Shown here: positions 19,527-28,640 of the stretch, piece after piece
How positions within the stretch are numbered: the stretch's first letter is position 1
How the letters are laid out: the number at the start of each line of letters is the position of its first letter
Source of the DNA: Candidatus Moraniibacteriota bacterium
GTDB taxonomy: Bacteria > Patescibacteriota > Minisyncoccia > Moranbacterales > UBA9337
NCBI GenBank assembly: GCA_026985555.1
Contig: JALSQF010000011.1
Span: 4,571-68,570 of the forward strand
Direction of reading: 5' to 3'
Length of the DNA stretch: 64,000 nt
Program-made: the position numbers and the translations under genes
The notes under the pieces: generated by a model
What the model was told of the DNA's origin: nothing
What the model saw: only the letters and a program-made list of their open reading frames with translations
Databases searched by the model: none

Positions 19527-22500
19527 ATGCAAAAGAAATTTTTTTTATTATTTTTATTTTATATTTTAACAATAATCATAATATATTTATCATTCCGCCC
19601 TTTTTACTTTAAGGAAAGCAATAATTTTATTTTGGCAAAAGTTATACTCTTTGTTGTGTTATTTGTTTTATTAAGACAAACTATATATATTTCTTTAGCT
19701 TTTTTCTTTGATGTTTATCATTATATTCGTGGTTTAAAATTTTCTAATAAAAAGTATTATCCTTTAGTTTCTGTAATTATTCCTGCTTGGAATGAAGAAA
19801 AAGGAATTATTGGAACAATTGAAAGTGTTTTGAAAAGTACTTATAATAATTTAGAAATTATTATAGTAAACGATGGTTCAACGGATAAAACCCATGAAAT
19901 TGTTTTGAATTTTCTAGATATTTTTAATAAAACGAATGTTACTTCAAAGAAAATATTATATATAAAACAAAAAAATAGCGGTAAAGGGGCAGCCTTAAAT
20001 AGTGGAATTAAAAAATCTTCAGGAGAAATCATTATGACTCTTGATGCCGATTCTTTAATAGATAAACAAGCTATAGAAAAAGCTGTAGAAATATTTAAAG
20101 ATCCTAAAATAAGTGCTGCGGCCGGTTATATTCAAATAGGAAACACCAATACTTTTTTTGGATTAATTCAATATTTTGAATATCTGATAAGTTTTATGTT
20201 TAAAAAGGCAGATGATATATTGAATAGTTTATATGTAGTCGGTGGCGCTAATGCTTTTTTTAGAAGAGAGGTTTTTAAAAAGGTAGGGCTGTTTAAGACA
20301 AACACTTTAACAGAAGATATAGAAATGTCAGTTCGCATTCAAAAAAAAGGAATGAAAATAACTTATTTACCTGATGTTTTAGTTACAACTGAGGGAGCGC
20401 AAACTTTTTCTTCATTAGTAAAACAGAGAATAAGATGGAGGAGGGGGAGATATCAAGTTATTTTTCATCTCCATAAGGATTTATTTTTTAACAGAAAAAT
20501 AAAACAAAATAAATTTTTATCATGGATATCTCTGCCTTATTCGGTTTTTATGGAAATCACTCTTTTTTTTGAGCCGTTTTTTTTGGCTTTTCTTTTATTT
20601 TTTAGCTTTATGAGTGGAAATTTTTTATCTTTTTTATTATTAATTATTGTTTCTTCTTGTTTTTTTATTTTTGCTATTTTTACTTCCATAAAAACAGATA
20701 AAAAGAATATTTTGGTTTTTTTATATTTTCCTGTTGCCTGGATGATGTATTATAGCATGTCTTTAATAGAATACATTGCTTTAGTAAAATCTCTTTATGG
20801 GTCTTTTTTAGGCAAGGAGGAGAAATGGCAAAAATGGAAAAGAAGCGGTCTTGTTAAACAGGATATTTTTTCACAGAAAGAAAAAAGTAATTATTATACT
20901 AAAAAAACAAAAATAAAAACTCAAAAATATGTTTTTTATGTGCTTCCTATAAGAACTAAATATTTTCAAAAAGCTCTTTTTAAATTATTAGACGATCTTA
21001 ATTCTTCTTTTTTTGTAAGAGAAGTGTTTGTTACTCATAAAGAAAAGAAATATTTAAATATTAACTATTGTTGTTATGAAATTTTTGTTTCCACTAAAAC
21101 AGAACACGGATATTTTTTGTTTAAAAATTTTTTAAAGAATAATTATCTTTTTGAAAGATTAATTTGGATCTCTTCCTTTTTTAAACACCAGCAAAATTAT
21201 AATTTTTTAAAAACCAAAAAACAAAAAGCAATAAATTCGTGCAATTTATGTAAAAATGAATCTTTAAACAAAAAGAAATCTTTAAATAAAAATTTTTTGT
21301 TTAAAGATTTTATACAAAATAAAATTTTGTCTTCTTTTATTTTTTTATTTCTTATAACTCTAGTTTTTTTGTTCTATTTTAACATATATGTTTCTAATAC
21401 AAAAAATATTCATACTCTCCTGACAATTATTTTATTCGTTATGACTACCGATGGTTTAATGCTTTTCTTGAATATTTTTAGAAGAAAAAAGAAGAATTTT
21501 ATTAACAAAAACTTAAAATCAAATTTAAAGTTAGTAACTTGTGTTATTGCTTGTTATAACGGAGAAAAAGTTATTAAAAAAACTTTAGAACAAGCTAAAA
21601 CTAAGTTTTCTCCTGAACAAATAATTGTTGTTTCTGATAAATCAACAGATAAAACGGCGGAAATTGCTAAAAAAATGGGGGTAAGAGTGATAGAAAATAA
21701 AATAAACCTAAATAAAGCTTTTAGTATTAGTAAAGCTGTTAACCATGTAAAAACTCCTTTAGTATTAATTATGGATGATGATGTTTATATAAAGGATTTA
21801 TTTATTCCCACTGATTTAATAACAGAAAAAAAATATAGAGCAGTAGCTTTTAATGTGATGCCTAATAAAACTGGTAGTTTAATAAATAAACTTCAGATAT
21901 TTGAATATAGAAAAAGTATGTTTTTCAGTAAGGCTTTAAGAAGTAAAGTGGGAGCCGTTTCTAATGTTTCTGGAGCAATCGGACTTTTCTTAAAAGAAGA
22001 TATTGATATACAAAAATCATTTCATTCTGGTCAGTTTGGTGGAGAGGACCAACAAAGAACCATGCTTGTTCATTTACTTAATAAATATAAAGAAAAAAAG
22101 AATAATGGATTAGTTACTTTTTATCCTTCTACTGTTCACACGGATGTTCCTAATTCTTGGAAAAGTCTTTTCAAGCAAAGATCTTTTAGCTGGGGAATGG
22201 CTACTCATGAAAATCTTTTTTTATTTTTTAAAAGTATTTTTTTACCCAAAGCTCATTTTGTTTTAAAAGTTGACAGGGCCTATTTAATTTTTATTTTTTT
22301 AACTGAACCATTGCGCATGTTTTTAACTCCTTATCTCTTTCTTCATACTTCGGTTTTATTTTTTCTATTTTTGTTGTATTTTATATTAGAGAACATTTCT
22401 TGGATAAGGACAGGAAGAAAAGATTCTTATTATATTGTTGTTTTATCTCCTTTTTATAATTTCTTTAAACTAATTACTAGATTTATTGCTTATTTTTATT

Positions 22501-22640
22501 GGTTTAAAGTGAAATATCTGTATATTAAAAAAGATATGCATAAATTGGTTCTTTCTAGAAATCTTATAAAAGAGTATTTAGTTGTTTTATTAATAATTTT
22601 AATGTTTTTTTCTTTTTCTTTTTATTTAATCATTGCTTGA
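19527..22640 (+). CDS. integral-membrane tandem double GT2 processive glycosyltransferase (cellulose/chitin/PNAG-synthase-like)
   Basis: 1037 aa; domain 1 VSVIIPAWNEE...IVNDGSTDKT, DAD, QRIRWRRG (QxxRW); domain 2 VTCVIACYNGE...VVSDKSTDKT, DDD, QRSFSW; multiple TM blocks after each domain. Confidence 0.8.
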   Translation: MQKKFFLLFLFYILTIIIIYLSFRPFYFKESNNFILAKVILFVVLFVLLRQTIYISLAFFFDVYHYIRGLKFSNKKYYPLVSVIIPAWNEEKGIIGTIESVLKSTYNNLEIIIVNDGSTDKTHEIVLNFLDIFNKTNVTSKKILYIKQKNSGKGAALNSGIKKSSGEIIMTLDADSLIDKQAIEKAVEIFKDPKISAAAGYIQIGNTNTFFGLIQYFEYLISFMFKKADDILNSLYVVGGANAFFRREVFKKVGLFKTNTLTEDIEMSVRIQKKGMKITYLPDVLVTTEGAQTFSSLVKQRIRWRRGRYQVIFHLHKDLFFNRKIKQNKFLSWISLPYSVFMEITLFFEPFFLAFLLFFSFMSGNFLSFLLLIIVSSCFFIFAIFTSIKTDKKNILVFLYFPVAWMMYYSMSLIEYIALVKSLYGSFLGKEEKWQKWKRSGLVKQDIFSQKEKSNYYTKKTKIKTQKYVFYVLPIRTKYFQKALFKLLDDLNSSFFVREVFVTHKEKKYLNINYCCYEIFVSTKTEHGYFLFKNFLKNNYLFERLIWISSFFKHQQNYNFLKTKKQKAINSCNLCKNESLNKKKSLNKNFLFKDFIQNKILSSFIFLFLITLVFLFYFNIYVSNTKNIHTLLTIILFVMTTDGLMLFLNIFRRKKKNFINKNLKSNLKLVTCVIACYNGEKVIKKTLEQAKTKFSPEQIIVVSDKSTDKTAEIAKKMGVRVIENKINLNKAFSISKAVNHVKTPLVLIMDDDVYIKDLFIPTDLITEKKYRAVAFNVMPNKTGSLINKLQIFEYRKSMFFSKALRSKVGAVSNVSGAIGLFLKEDIDIQKSFHSGQFGGEDQQRTMLVHLLNKYKEKKNNGLVTFYPSTVHTDVPNSWKSLFKQRSFSWGMATHENLFLFFKSIFLPKAHFVLKVDRAYLIFIFLTEPLRMFLTPYLFLHTSVLFFLFLLYFILENISWIRTGRKDSYYIVVLSPFYNFFKLITRFIAYFYWFKVKYLYIKKDMHKLVLSRNLIKEYLVVLLIILMFFSFSFYLIIA

Positions 22641-23776
22641 TTTTTATAAACTCTAAAACAATGGATAAGACAAAAATATTTTTTTTCTTTATTTTTTTTC
22701 TCTTTTTATTTTTTTTTATTTTTACTCTAAAAGAAAATTTTTTCGTTTTTGAAAAGAAAAAAAATATTTCTTCAAAAGATAATAATTTTAAAGTTTCTAA
22801 TATTAATAATGATTTTATCTATGGAATATGGATATGGCAAGAGTATTTTTATGATTCAGAAAATGTAAAACTGGTAATTGATTTTGCGAAAAAAAAGAAA
22901 ATAAGGACTTTTTTTGTAAGAGTAGATAATTTTTTAGATGCTTATGAAGCTGGCGATATTCAAAAACAAGAAAATATTTTTGAAAATTTAAATTATTTTG
23001 TAAAAATAGCTCACCAAAATAATATTAAAGTAGAAGCTCTTTTTGGTGGACCGCAATGGTCAAATCCTTCTCATCGTTATTTAGTTAATATAATATTAGA
23101 TTTTATATTGAATGGATTAAATAATAAAAGAATTAATTTTGATGGGATACATATTGATATTGAACCTTATCAACAAGATAATTTTTCTTTAAATTCAGCA
23201 AGATATTATGAATATTATCTAACTACTATAGAGGAGATAAAACAAAAGTTATTAAATAAAAAATATACAGGAACATTATCTATAGATATTCCATATTGGT
23301 TTGGAAAAAATAATATTAGAGAAAATATATTTTACAATAAAAAAAAGAAAAATATTTTTAAACATTTATTAGATATTTTAGAAGAATATCCAAAATCTTA
23401 TTTAGTAATAATGGCGTATCGTAATTACGCTTTTGGTAATAATGGAGTTATTAATATTTTAGAAAGAGAATTATCCTTATTAAACCAAGAAAAAAAATAT
23501 TTAAAATTTATCCCTTTTTTAGTTATTGGTCAAGAAATTACAGAACAAAAAAATAGCAAGACAACCAGCTATTATGGTTATAATTGGCAGTATATTTATA
23601 CAGAATTATTTAAAATAGATAATTTTTTTAGAAAAAATTCAGAGTACAAAAAATTCTACAAAGGAATAGCTTTACATGATTTTTATATCTATTGGTGCAC
23701 TTCAGAAGAAGAAAAAAATATTTGTCGTAAAAACAATTTAAAAATAAAAAAGAATTTAAATACTAACAAAGAATAA
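22637..23776 (+). CDS. membrane-anchored hypothetical protein, possible GH-like TIM-barrel polysaccharide hydrolase
   Basis: 379 aa; start overlaps synthase stop (ATGA); N-terminal TM; motif FDGIHIDIEPY resembles the GxHxDYxRY-type motif of DUF187/GHL families. Confidence 0.4.
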   Translation: MIFINSKTMDKTKIFFFFIFFLFLFFFIFTLKENFFVFEKKKNISSKDNNFKVSNINNDFIYGIWIWQEYFYDSENVKLVIDFAKKKKIRTFFVRVDNFLDAYEAGDIQKQENIFENLNYFVKIAHQNNIKVEALFGGPQWSNPSHRYLVNIILDFILNGLNNKRINFDGIHIDIEPYQQDNFSLNSARYYEYYLTTIEEIKQKLLNKKYTGTLSIDIPYWFGKNNIRENIFYNKKKKNIFKHLLDILEEYPKSYLVIMAYRNYAFGNNGVINILERELSLLNQEKKYLKFIPFLVIGQEITEQKNSKTTSYYGYNWQYIYTELFKIDNFFRKNSEYKKFYKGIALHDFYIYWCTSEEEKNICRKNNLKIKKNLNTNKE

Positions 23777-24034
23777 GTAGTTTTATAAATAAAACAATAC
23801 TTTATTTTCATTTAAATTTGTAAATATTATTTATAATTTTTTTAATCCATAAAACTATTTTTTGATTGTTTTTTAATATAAATAAATATTACTAATTTTT
23901 ATTTTTAATGTGTTTTTATAATACTAGATGTTTTTTATATGTAATGTAATGCGCAAACTATTGACAAAAAAATAAAATCTGTTAAGCTAATCATAATTGT
24001 CAAAAAACAATAAAGAGTAAATTTCATTTTAAAA

Positions 24035-24105
24035 TAGAGGTGATATTATTGAGCTTCAAGAATTAGGAATAGATTAGAAGTAAGCTCCTCTATTTTTGTG
24101 TTGTT
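24035..24105 (+). promoter_or_regulatory. leader hairpin plus U-tract upstream of infA (terminator/attenuator-like)
   Basis: TAGAGG..GAGCTT / AAGCTC..CCTCTA inverted repeats followed by TTTTTGTGTTGTTT, 12 nt before the infA ATG. Confidence 0.3.
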
Positions 24106-24117
24106 TAAGGTAAAATT

Positions 24118-24333
24118 ATGTCCAATAAAGAAATAATCAAATTAGAAGGAACTATTGTAGAAACTTTACCTAGCACTACATTTAAAGTAAAATTGGAAAA
24201 TGGACATGAAATTTTAGCTCATATTTCAGGCAAAATGAGAGTTAATTATATTCGTCTTTTGCCAGGAGATAAAGTTTTATTAGAGATGAGTCCTTATGAT
24301 TTAACTAAAGGTCGCATCACTCAACGTTTATAA
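24118..24333 (+). CDS. infA: translation initiation factor IF-1
   Basis: 71 aa; S1-like IF-1 sequence conserved end to end. Confidence 0.95.
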   Translation: MSNKEIIKLEGTIVETLPSTTFKVKLENGHEILAHISGKMRVNYIRLLPGDKVLLEMSPYDLTKGRITQRL

Positions 24334-24349
24334 TTTTTATTTAGATATT

Positions 24350-24463
24350 ATGAAAGTAAGAGCTTCAGTAAAAAAAATTTGTTCACAGTGTAAGATTGTA
24401 AAAAGAAGAGGTAAACTCTATGTAATTTGTTCTAATCCAAAACATAAGCAAAGACAAGGTTAA
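24350..24463 (+). CDS. rpmJ: 50S ribosomal protein L36
   Basis: Not in ORF track (<60 aa): [37 protein letters not shown] with zinc-ribbon CxxC...C...H. Confidence 0.9.
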   Translation: MKVRASVKKICSQCKIVKRRGKLYVICSNPKHKQRQG

Positions 24464-24481
24464 TTCTAATTTATTTTTATT

Positions 24482-25066
24482 ATGACACAAGAAAAAAAGA
24501 ATACAACAAAAAAAACTAGCGCTAATAATATCTCTGCTTCTCAAGCAGAAGAAAAAGATGAAAAGAAAGAAAATACTTCTACTGATGAAATGAAAAAACA
24601 AGAAAAAATTGATGATGATAAAGCAAAAAATGATATGGAAGCAAAGCAAGAAAAAGAGGTTGATAATAGTACGGTTGCTAATAAAGGTAAAAGTAAAAAA
24701 AGAGGAAAAAGAAAAAGACAAGTTTTAAAAGGAGAAGCCCATATTCAATGTACTTATAATAATACAATTATAACGCTCACTGATATAAATGGAAATGTTT
24801 TGGCTTGGTCTAGCGCAGGTATGTTAGGATTTAAAGGCGCTAAAAAATCTACTCCTTATGCAGCTACACAAGTGGCTAATGATGTAACTGAAAAAGTAAA
24901 AAAATATGGATTACAAGAAGTAAATGTCTATATTAAAGGTGTTGGAGGAGGAAGGGAGGCATCTATTCGTGGTTTAGCTAATTGCAGTTTAAATATCCTT
25001 TCTATTAAAGATATTACTCCTCATCCGCATAATGGGTGTCGCCCAAGGAAACCCAGAAGAGTTTAA
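24482..25066 (+). CDS. rpsK: 30S ribosomal protein S11 with ~65-aa K/E-rich N-terminal extension
   Basis: C-terminal 125 aa match S11 (NNTIITLTD...[17 protein letters not shown]); N-terminus is low-complexity lysine/glutamate-rich. Confidence 0.9.
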   Translation: MTQEKKNTTKKTSANNISASQAEEKDEKKENTSTDEMKKQEKIDDDKAKNDMEAKQEKEVDNSTVANKGKSKKRGKRKRQVLKGEAHIQCTYNNTIITLTDINGNVLAWSSAGMLGFKGAKKSTPYAATQVANDVTEKVKKYGLQEVNVYIKGVGGGREASIRGLANCSLNILSIKDITPHPHNGCRPRKPRRV

Positions 25067-25120
25067 ATTAAATTATTGTTTATTTTAAATTTAAAATTAA
25101 GAATTAAATAAAAGAAAATA

Positions 25121-25510
25121 ATGGCAAGAATTGCTGGGGTAAATATTCCCGACAACAAAAGAATAGAAATCTCTCTAACTTATATTTATGGTATAGGTCG
25201 TTCTACTAGTAATAAAATTTTAGATAAATTAGCTATTAACAAAGATAAGCGCGCTAAAGACTTAACTAATCAAGAAATCAATCAGCTAAGAGATGAAATT
25301 GAAAAAAAATATAGAGTGGAAGGCGAATTAAAGCATATTATTAAAATGAATATTAAACGTTTAAAGGAAATAGGTAGTTATAGAGGAAGTCGTCATCAAA
25401 AAGGATTACCCGCAAGAGGACAAAGAACTAAAACTAATACAAGGACAGTGAGAGGAAATGTGAGGCGAACAATGGGAAGTGGAAGACGTCCTGCAGCTGA
25501 AAAAACTTAA
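25121..25510 (+). CDS. rpsM: 30S ribosomal protein S13
   Basis: [10 protein letters not shown]...[15 protein letters not shown] conserved S13. Confidence 0.95.
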   Translation: MARIAGVNIPDNKRIEISLTYIYGIGRSTSNKILDKLAINKDKRAKDLTNQEINQLRDEIEKKYRVEGELKHIIKMNIKRLKEIGSYRGSRHQKGLPARGQRTKTNTRTVRGNVRRTMGSGRRPAAEKT

Positions 25511-25614
25511 AATTTATAATTTTTTATAATTTATAATATTATTAAAACAAGTAACAAGTAAGTTAAGTATAAAGTAAATAAAATAATAAAAAGATTTAAT
25601 TGTATTTTATATCT

Positions 25615-26247
25615 ATGGCTAGAGATTTAGATTCAAAATGTAAACGTTGCAGAAGAGCAGGGGAAAAACTCTTTTTAAAAGGAGAGCGTTGTTTTAGCCC
25701 TAAATGTGCGATGGTAAGAAAAAATTATCCACCAGGAGTGCATGGAAAAAAGGTTGCACGTAATTTGAGTGAATATGGTCGTCAATTAGCTGTTAAACAA
25801 AAAGTGAAAAGAATTTATGGTGTTTTAGAAAAACAATTCAAGAAACATTTTGACGAAGTAATGACACGAGAGGGAGTTACAGGAGATTTATTAATGCAAC
25901 GCTTAGAAATGAGATTAGATAATGTGATTTACAGAGCAGGTTGGGCTGATTCTCGTAGTCAAGCAAGGCAATTAGTTAGCCATAATTTTTTTACTGTAAA
26001 CAATAAAAAAATGAATATTCCTTCTTATGAAGTTAAAGAAGGTGATATGATTAAAGTTAAGAAAAACAAAGAACAGAAAAAATTTATTAAAAGTCGTCAA
26101 GAATTCATACAGAATAAAAAAGATTTACCGGCTTGGATGGTTTATGATGAAAGTAAAAATGAAGTAAAAATATTAAAAAAGCCTAACATTGATGATATTG
26201 GCATCAAAGTTGACGCTCAATTAATAGTAGAATTCTATTCAAGATAA
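25615..26247 (+). CDS. rpsD: 30S ribosomal protein S4
   Basis: MARDLDSKCKRCRRAGEKLFLKGERCFSPKC zinc-ribbon start then S4 domain; ATG 25615 preferred over TTG 25600 of the track. Confidence 0.9.
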   Translation: MARDLDSKCKRCRRAGEKLFLKGERCFSPKCAMVRKNYPPGVHGKKVARNLSEYGRQLAVKQKVKRIYGVLEKQFKKHFDEVMTREGVTGDLLMQRLEMRLDNVIYRAGWADSRSQARQLVSHNFFTVNNKKMNIPSYEVKEGDMIKVKKNKEQKKFIKSRQEFIQNKKDLPAWMVYDESKNEVKILKKPNIDDIGIKVDAQLIVEFYSR

Positions 26248-26320
26248 TTAATTTAGATAATTGGACACAGATTTTTACAAGTGATTAAAATTAATCTGGG
26301 TACAACTTATCTCAACTATT

Positions 26321-27310
26321 ATGGAGGTATCACTTCCCAAAAAAATTAAAACTATTTCCACAGGAGAAAACACCGGAGAATTTATTATAGAAGGATGTTA
26401 TCCTGGTTATGGAACTACCTTAGGAAATAGCTTAAGAAGAGTATTGTTATCTTCTTTAGAGGGTGTAGCCATTACTGCTGTAAAAATTAAAGGAGTGCAA
26501 CATGAATTTTCTACATTAAAAGGAGTAATGGAAGATGTAGTTCAAATAATTCTTAATCTTAAAAAAGTAAGATTATCTGTTGAAAATTCTGATGAAACCT
26601 GGGAAGCTAGCCTTAAATTTAAAGGAGAAGGAGTAGTAACAGCTAAAGATTTTAAATTACCAAGCGGAATTAAAGTAGTTAATCCGGAACAAGTTATTGC
26701 CACCTTAACAGATAAAAAAGCAGAATTAGAAATGGATGTAAAAATTACAAGAGGGTTAGGATATATGCCAGTAGAACAACAAGAAAAGAAGGAAAAAGAA
26801 ATTGGTGTTATAGAGATTGATGCGATTTATACTCCCATTAAAAGAGTAAATTATCAAGTAAGCAATATGCGTGTAGGAAAAAGAACGGATTATGATAAAA
26901 TAAAGCTAGAAATTGTTACTGATGGTAGTATTAATCCGGAGGATGCTTTTAATAAAGCAGTAGATATTTTAGTTCAGCAATTTTCTGCTTTAAAAGAAAT
27001 AAATGTAGCTGATGATTTAGTGGAAGAAGATATGGAGCAGACTCTTTTAGAAGAAAAAGAGCATCAAAATAAAAAAGAAAAAGATAATCAACAACAGGAA
27101 AAAGATGCTCTAGAAACATTAGTGGTTGATTTGAAAAATATTTCTAAAAGAACACTTAATATATTAGAAATAGCTAAAATTAAAAAAGTAAAAGACTTAG
27201 TTGCTATGACAGAAAATGATTTAAAACAAATAGAAGGCATAGGTGATAAAGGAGTAAAAGAAATTCGTAAAGCTATTGGTATATTTGGTTTTACTTTAAA
27301 GCAAGAATAA
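26321..27310 (+). CDS. rpoA: DNA-directed RNA polymerase alpha subunit
   Basis: 329 aa; NTD (GYGTTLGNSLRRVLLSS) and alpha-CTD helix-hairpin-helix region. Confidence 0.95.
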   Translation: MEVSLPKKIKTISTGENTGEFIIEGCYPGYGTTLGNSLRRVLLSSLEGVAITAVKIKGVQHEFSTLKGVMEDVVQIILNLKKVRLSVENSDETWEASLKFKGEGVVTAKDFKLPSGIKVVNPEQVIATLTDKKAELEMDVKITRGLGYMPVEQQEKKEKEIGVIEIDAIYTPIKRVNYQVSNMRVGKRTDYDKIKLEIVTDGSINPEDAFNKAVDILVQQFSALKEINVADDLVEEDMEQTLLEEKEHQNKKEKDNQQQEKDALETLVVDLKNISKRTLNILEIAKIKKVKDLVAMTENDLKQIEGIGDKGVKEIRKAIGIFGFTLKQE

Positions 27311-27362
27311 AATAATTAGTTTATATTAATGTTTTGAAATTCTAATAAGTAAGAAAAGTTTT

Positions 27363-27731
27363 ATGCAACATTTAAGAAAAGGAAGAAAACTAGGTCGTGT
27401 TCGCCGACAAAGAGTTGCTCTAAAGAGAACTTTGTTGACTAGTTTAATAATGGAAGAAAAAATTATAACTACAGAAGCTAAAGCTAAAGAAATAAAACCA
27501 CTTTTTGATAAGTTAGTAACAAAAGTAAAGCAATATCAAGAATTTCCAGATAAAAGAGTGATAATTATAAGAAATTTAAGAAACAAAGTAGCCACTAAAG
27601 CTGTGAAAAAACTTATGGATGATAAGTTTAATCAGAGATTTAAAAAACGTTCTAGTGGATATACTAGAATAGTAAAATTAGTTCCTCGGAGAAGCGATTC
27701 TGCTAAAATGGCTATGTTAGAAATTTTATAA
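27363..27731 (+). CDS. rplQ: 50S ribosomal protein L17
   Basis: MQHLRKGRKLGR...conserved L17. Confidence 0.95.
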   Translation: MQHLRKGRKLGRVRRQRVALKRTLLTSLIMEEKIITTEAKAKEIKPLFDKLVTKVKQYQEFPDKRVIIIRNLRNKVATKAVKKLMDDKFNQRFKKRSSGYTRIVKLVPRRSDSAKMAMLEIL

Positions 27732-27742
27732 TTTAAAAATCT

Positions 27743-28132
27743 ATGAAAAGAAAATTTTATCAATTTGATGTTCAAGGGAAAATTTTAGGAAGAGTAGCTG
27801 TGGAAATTGCTCAAGTTTTGAGTGGTCGCCAAAAAGTTGATTTTACTCCCAACGAAGATAAAGGAGATTGGGTTGTAGTAATTAATTCTGATAAAGTAAG
27901 GGTAACAGGTAATAAAGAGAAAGGTAAGAAATATTACCATTATAGCGGTTATCCTGGAGGATTAAAAGAAGTTACTTTCCGTGATCAATTAAAAAATGAT
28001 TCTAGGAAGATTATTGAAAAAGCAGTGAAAGGAATGTTGCCAAAAAATAAATTGCAGGCGAAGTTTTTAAAAAGATTATTGATTTATAAAAATGAACAGC
28101 ATCCTCATAAGATTGATAAAAAAATAAGTTAA
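27743..28132 (+). CDS. rplM: 50S ribosomal protein L13
   Basis: 129 aa; L13 family (ILGRVAVEIAQVLSGRQK...GMLPKNKL). Confidence 0.93.
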   Translation: MKRKFYQFDVQGKILGRVAVEIAQVLSGRQKVDFTPNEDKGDWVVVINSDKVRVTGNKEKGKKYYHYSGYPGGLKEVTFRDQLKNDSRKIIEKAVKGMLPKNKLQAKFLKRLLIYKNEQHPHKIDKKIS

Positions 28133-28142
28133 CTAAAATTTT

Positions 28143-28604
28143 ATGAAAGAGAAAAAAATAACTAAGAAAGAAAAAGAGAAAAAAAAAGTTAAGTCAACTG
28201 AAAATAAGAAGAAAGAATACTTTTATGGACTAGGAAGAAGAAAAACAGCAGTTGCGCAAGTAAGAATTTATTTTTCAGAAAAAAAATCAGAATTTTTAGT
28301 AAATAAAAGAGAAATGAAAGAATATTTTACTCTTTTATCATATCAAAATATTTTTCAAGATCCTCTACGAGTAACAGGATTATTAGAAAAAGTTAAAGTA
28401 GATGCGAAAGTAAAAGGGGGTGGTCTTAGAGGTCAAGTTGAAGCTATTCGTTTAGGTATAGCTAGGGCTTTAGTGAAGTATGATGATAATTTCAAAAAGG
28501 TATTAAGAGCAGAGGGCTTTCTTACCAGAGATGCGCGTAAAGTGGAAAGAAAAAAAGCTGGTCTCAAAAAAGCTCGTCGTGCTCCTCAGTGGGCTAAAAG
28601 ATAA
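28143..28604 (+). CDS. rpsI: 30S ribosomal protein S9 with K-rich N-terminal extension
   Basis: YFYGLGRRKTAVAQVRI...GGGLRGQVEAIRLGIARAL...KKAGLKKARRAPQWAKR typical S9; about 25 extra N-terminal residues. Confidence 0.9.
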   Translation: MKEKKITKKEKEKKKVKSTENKKKEYFYGLGRRKTAVAQVRIYFSEKKSEFLVNKREMKEYFTLLSYQNIFQDPLRVTGLLEKVKVDAKVKGGGLRGQVEAIRLGIARALVKYDDNFKKVLRAEGFLTRDARKVERKKAGLKKARRAPQWAKR

Positions 28605-28640
28605 TCTTGTTTTTCAAAAATAAAATTTTAATTTTAAAAT

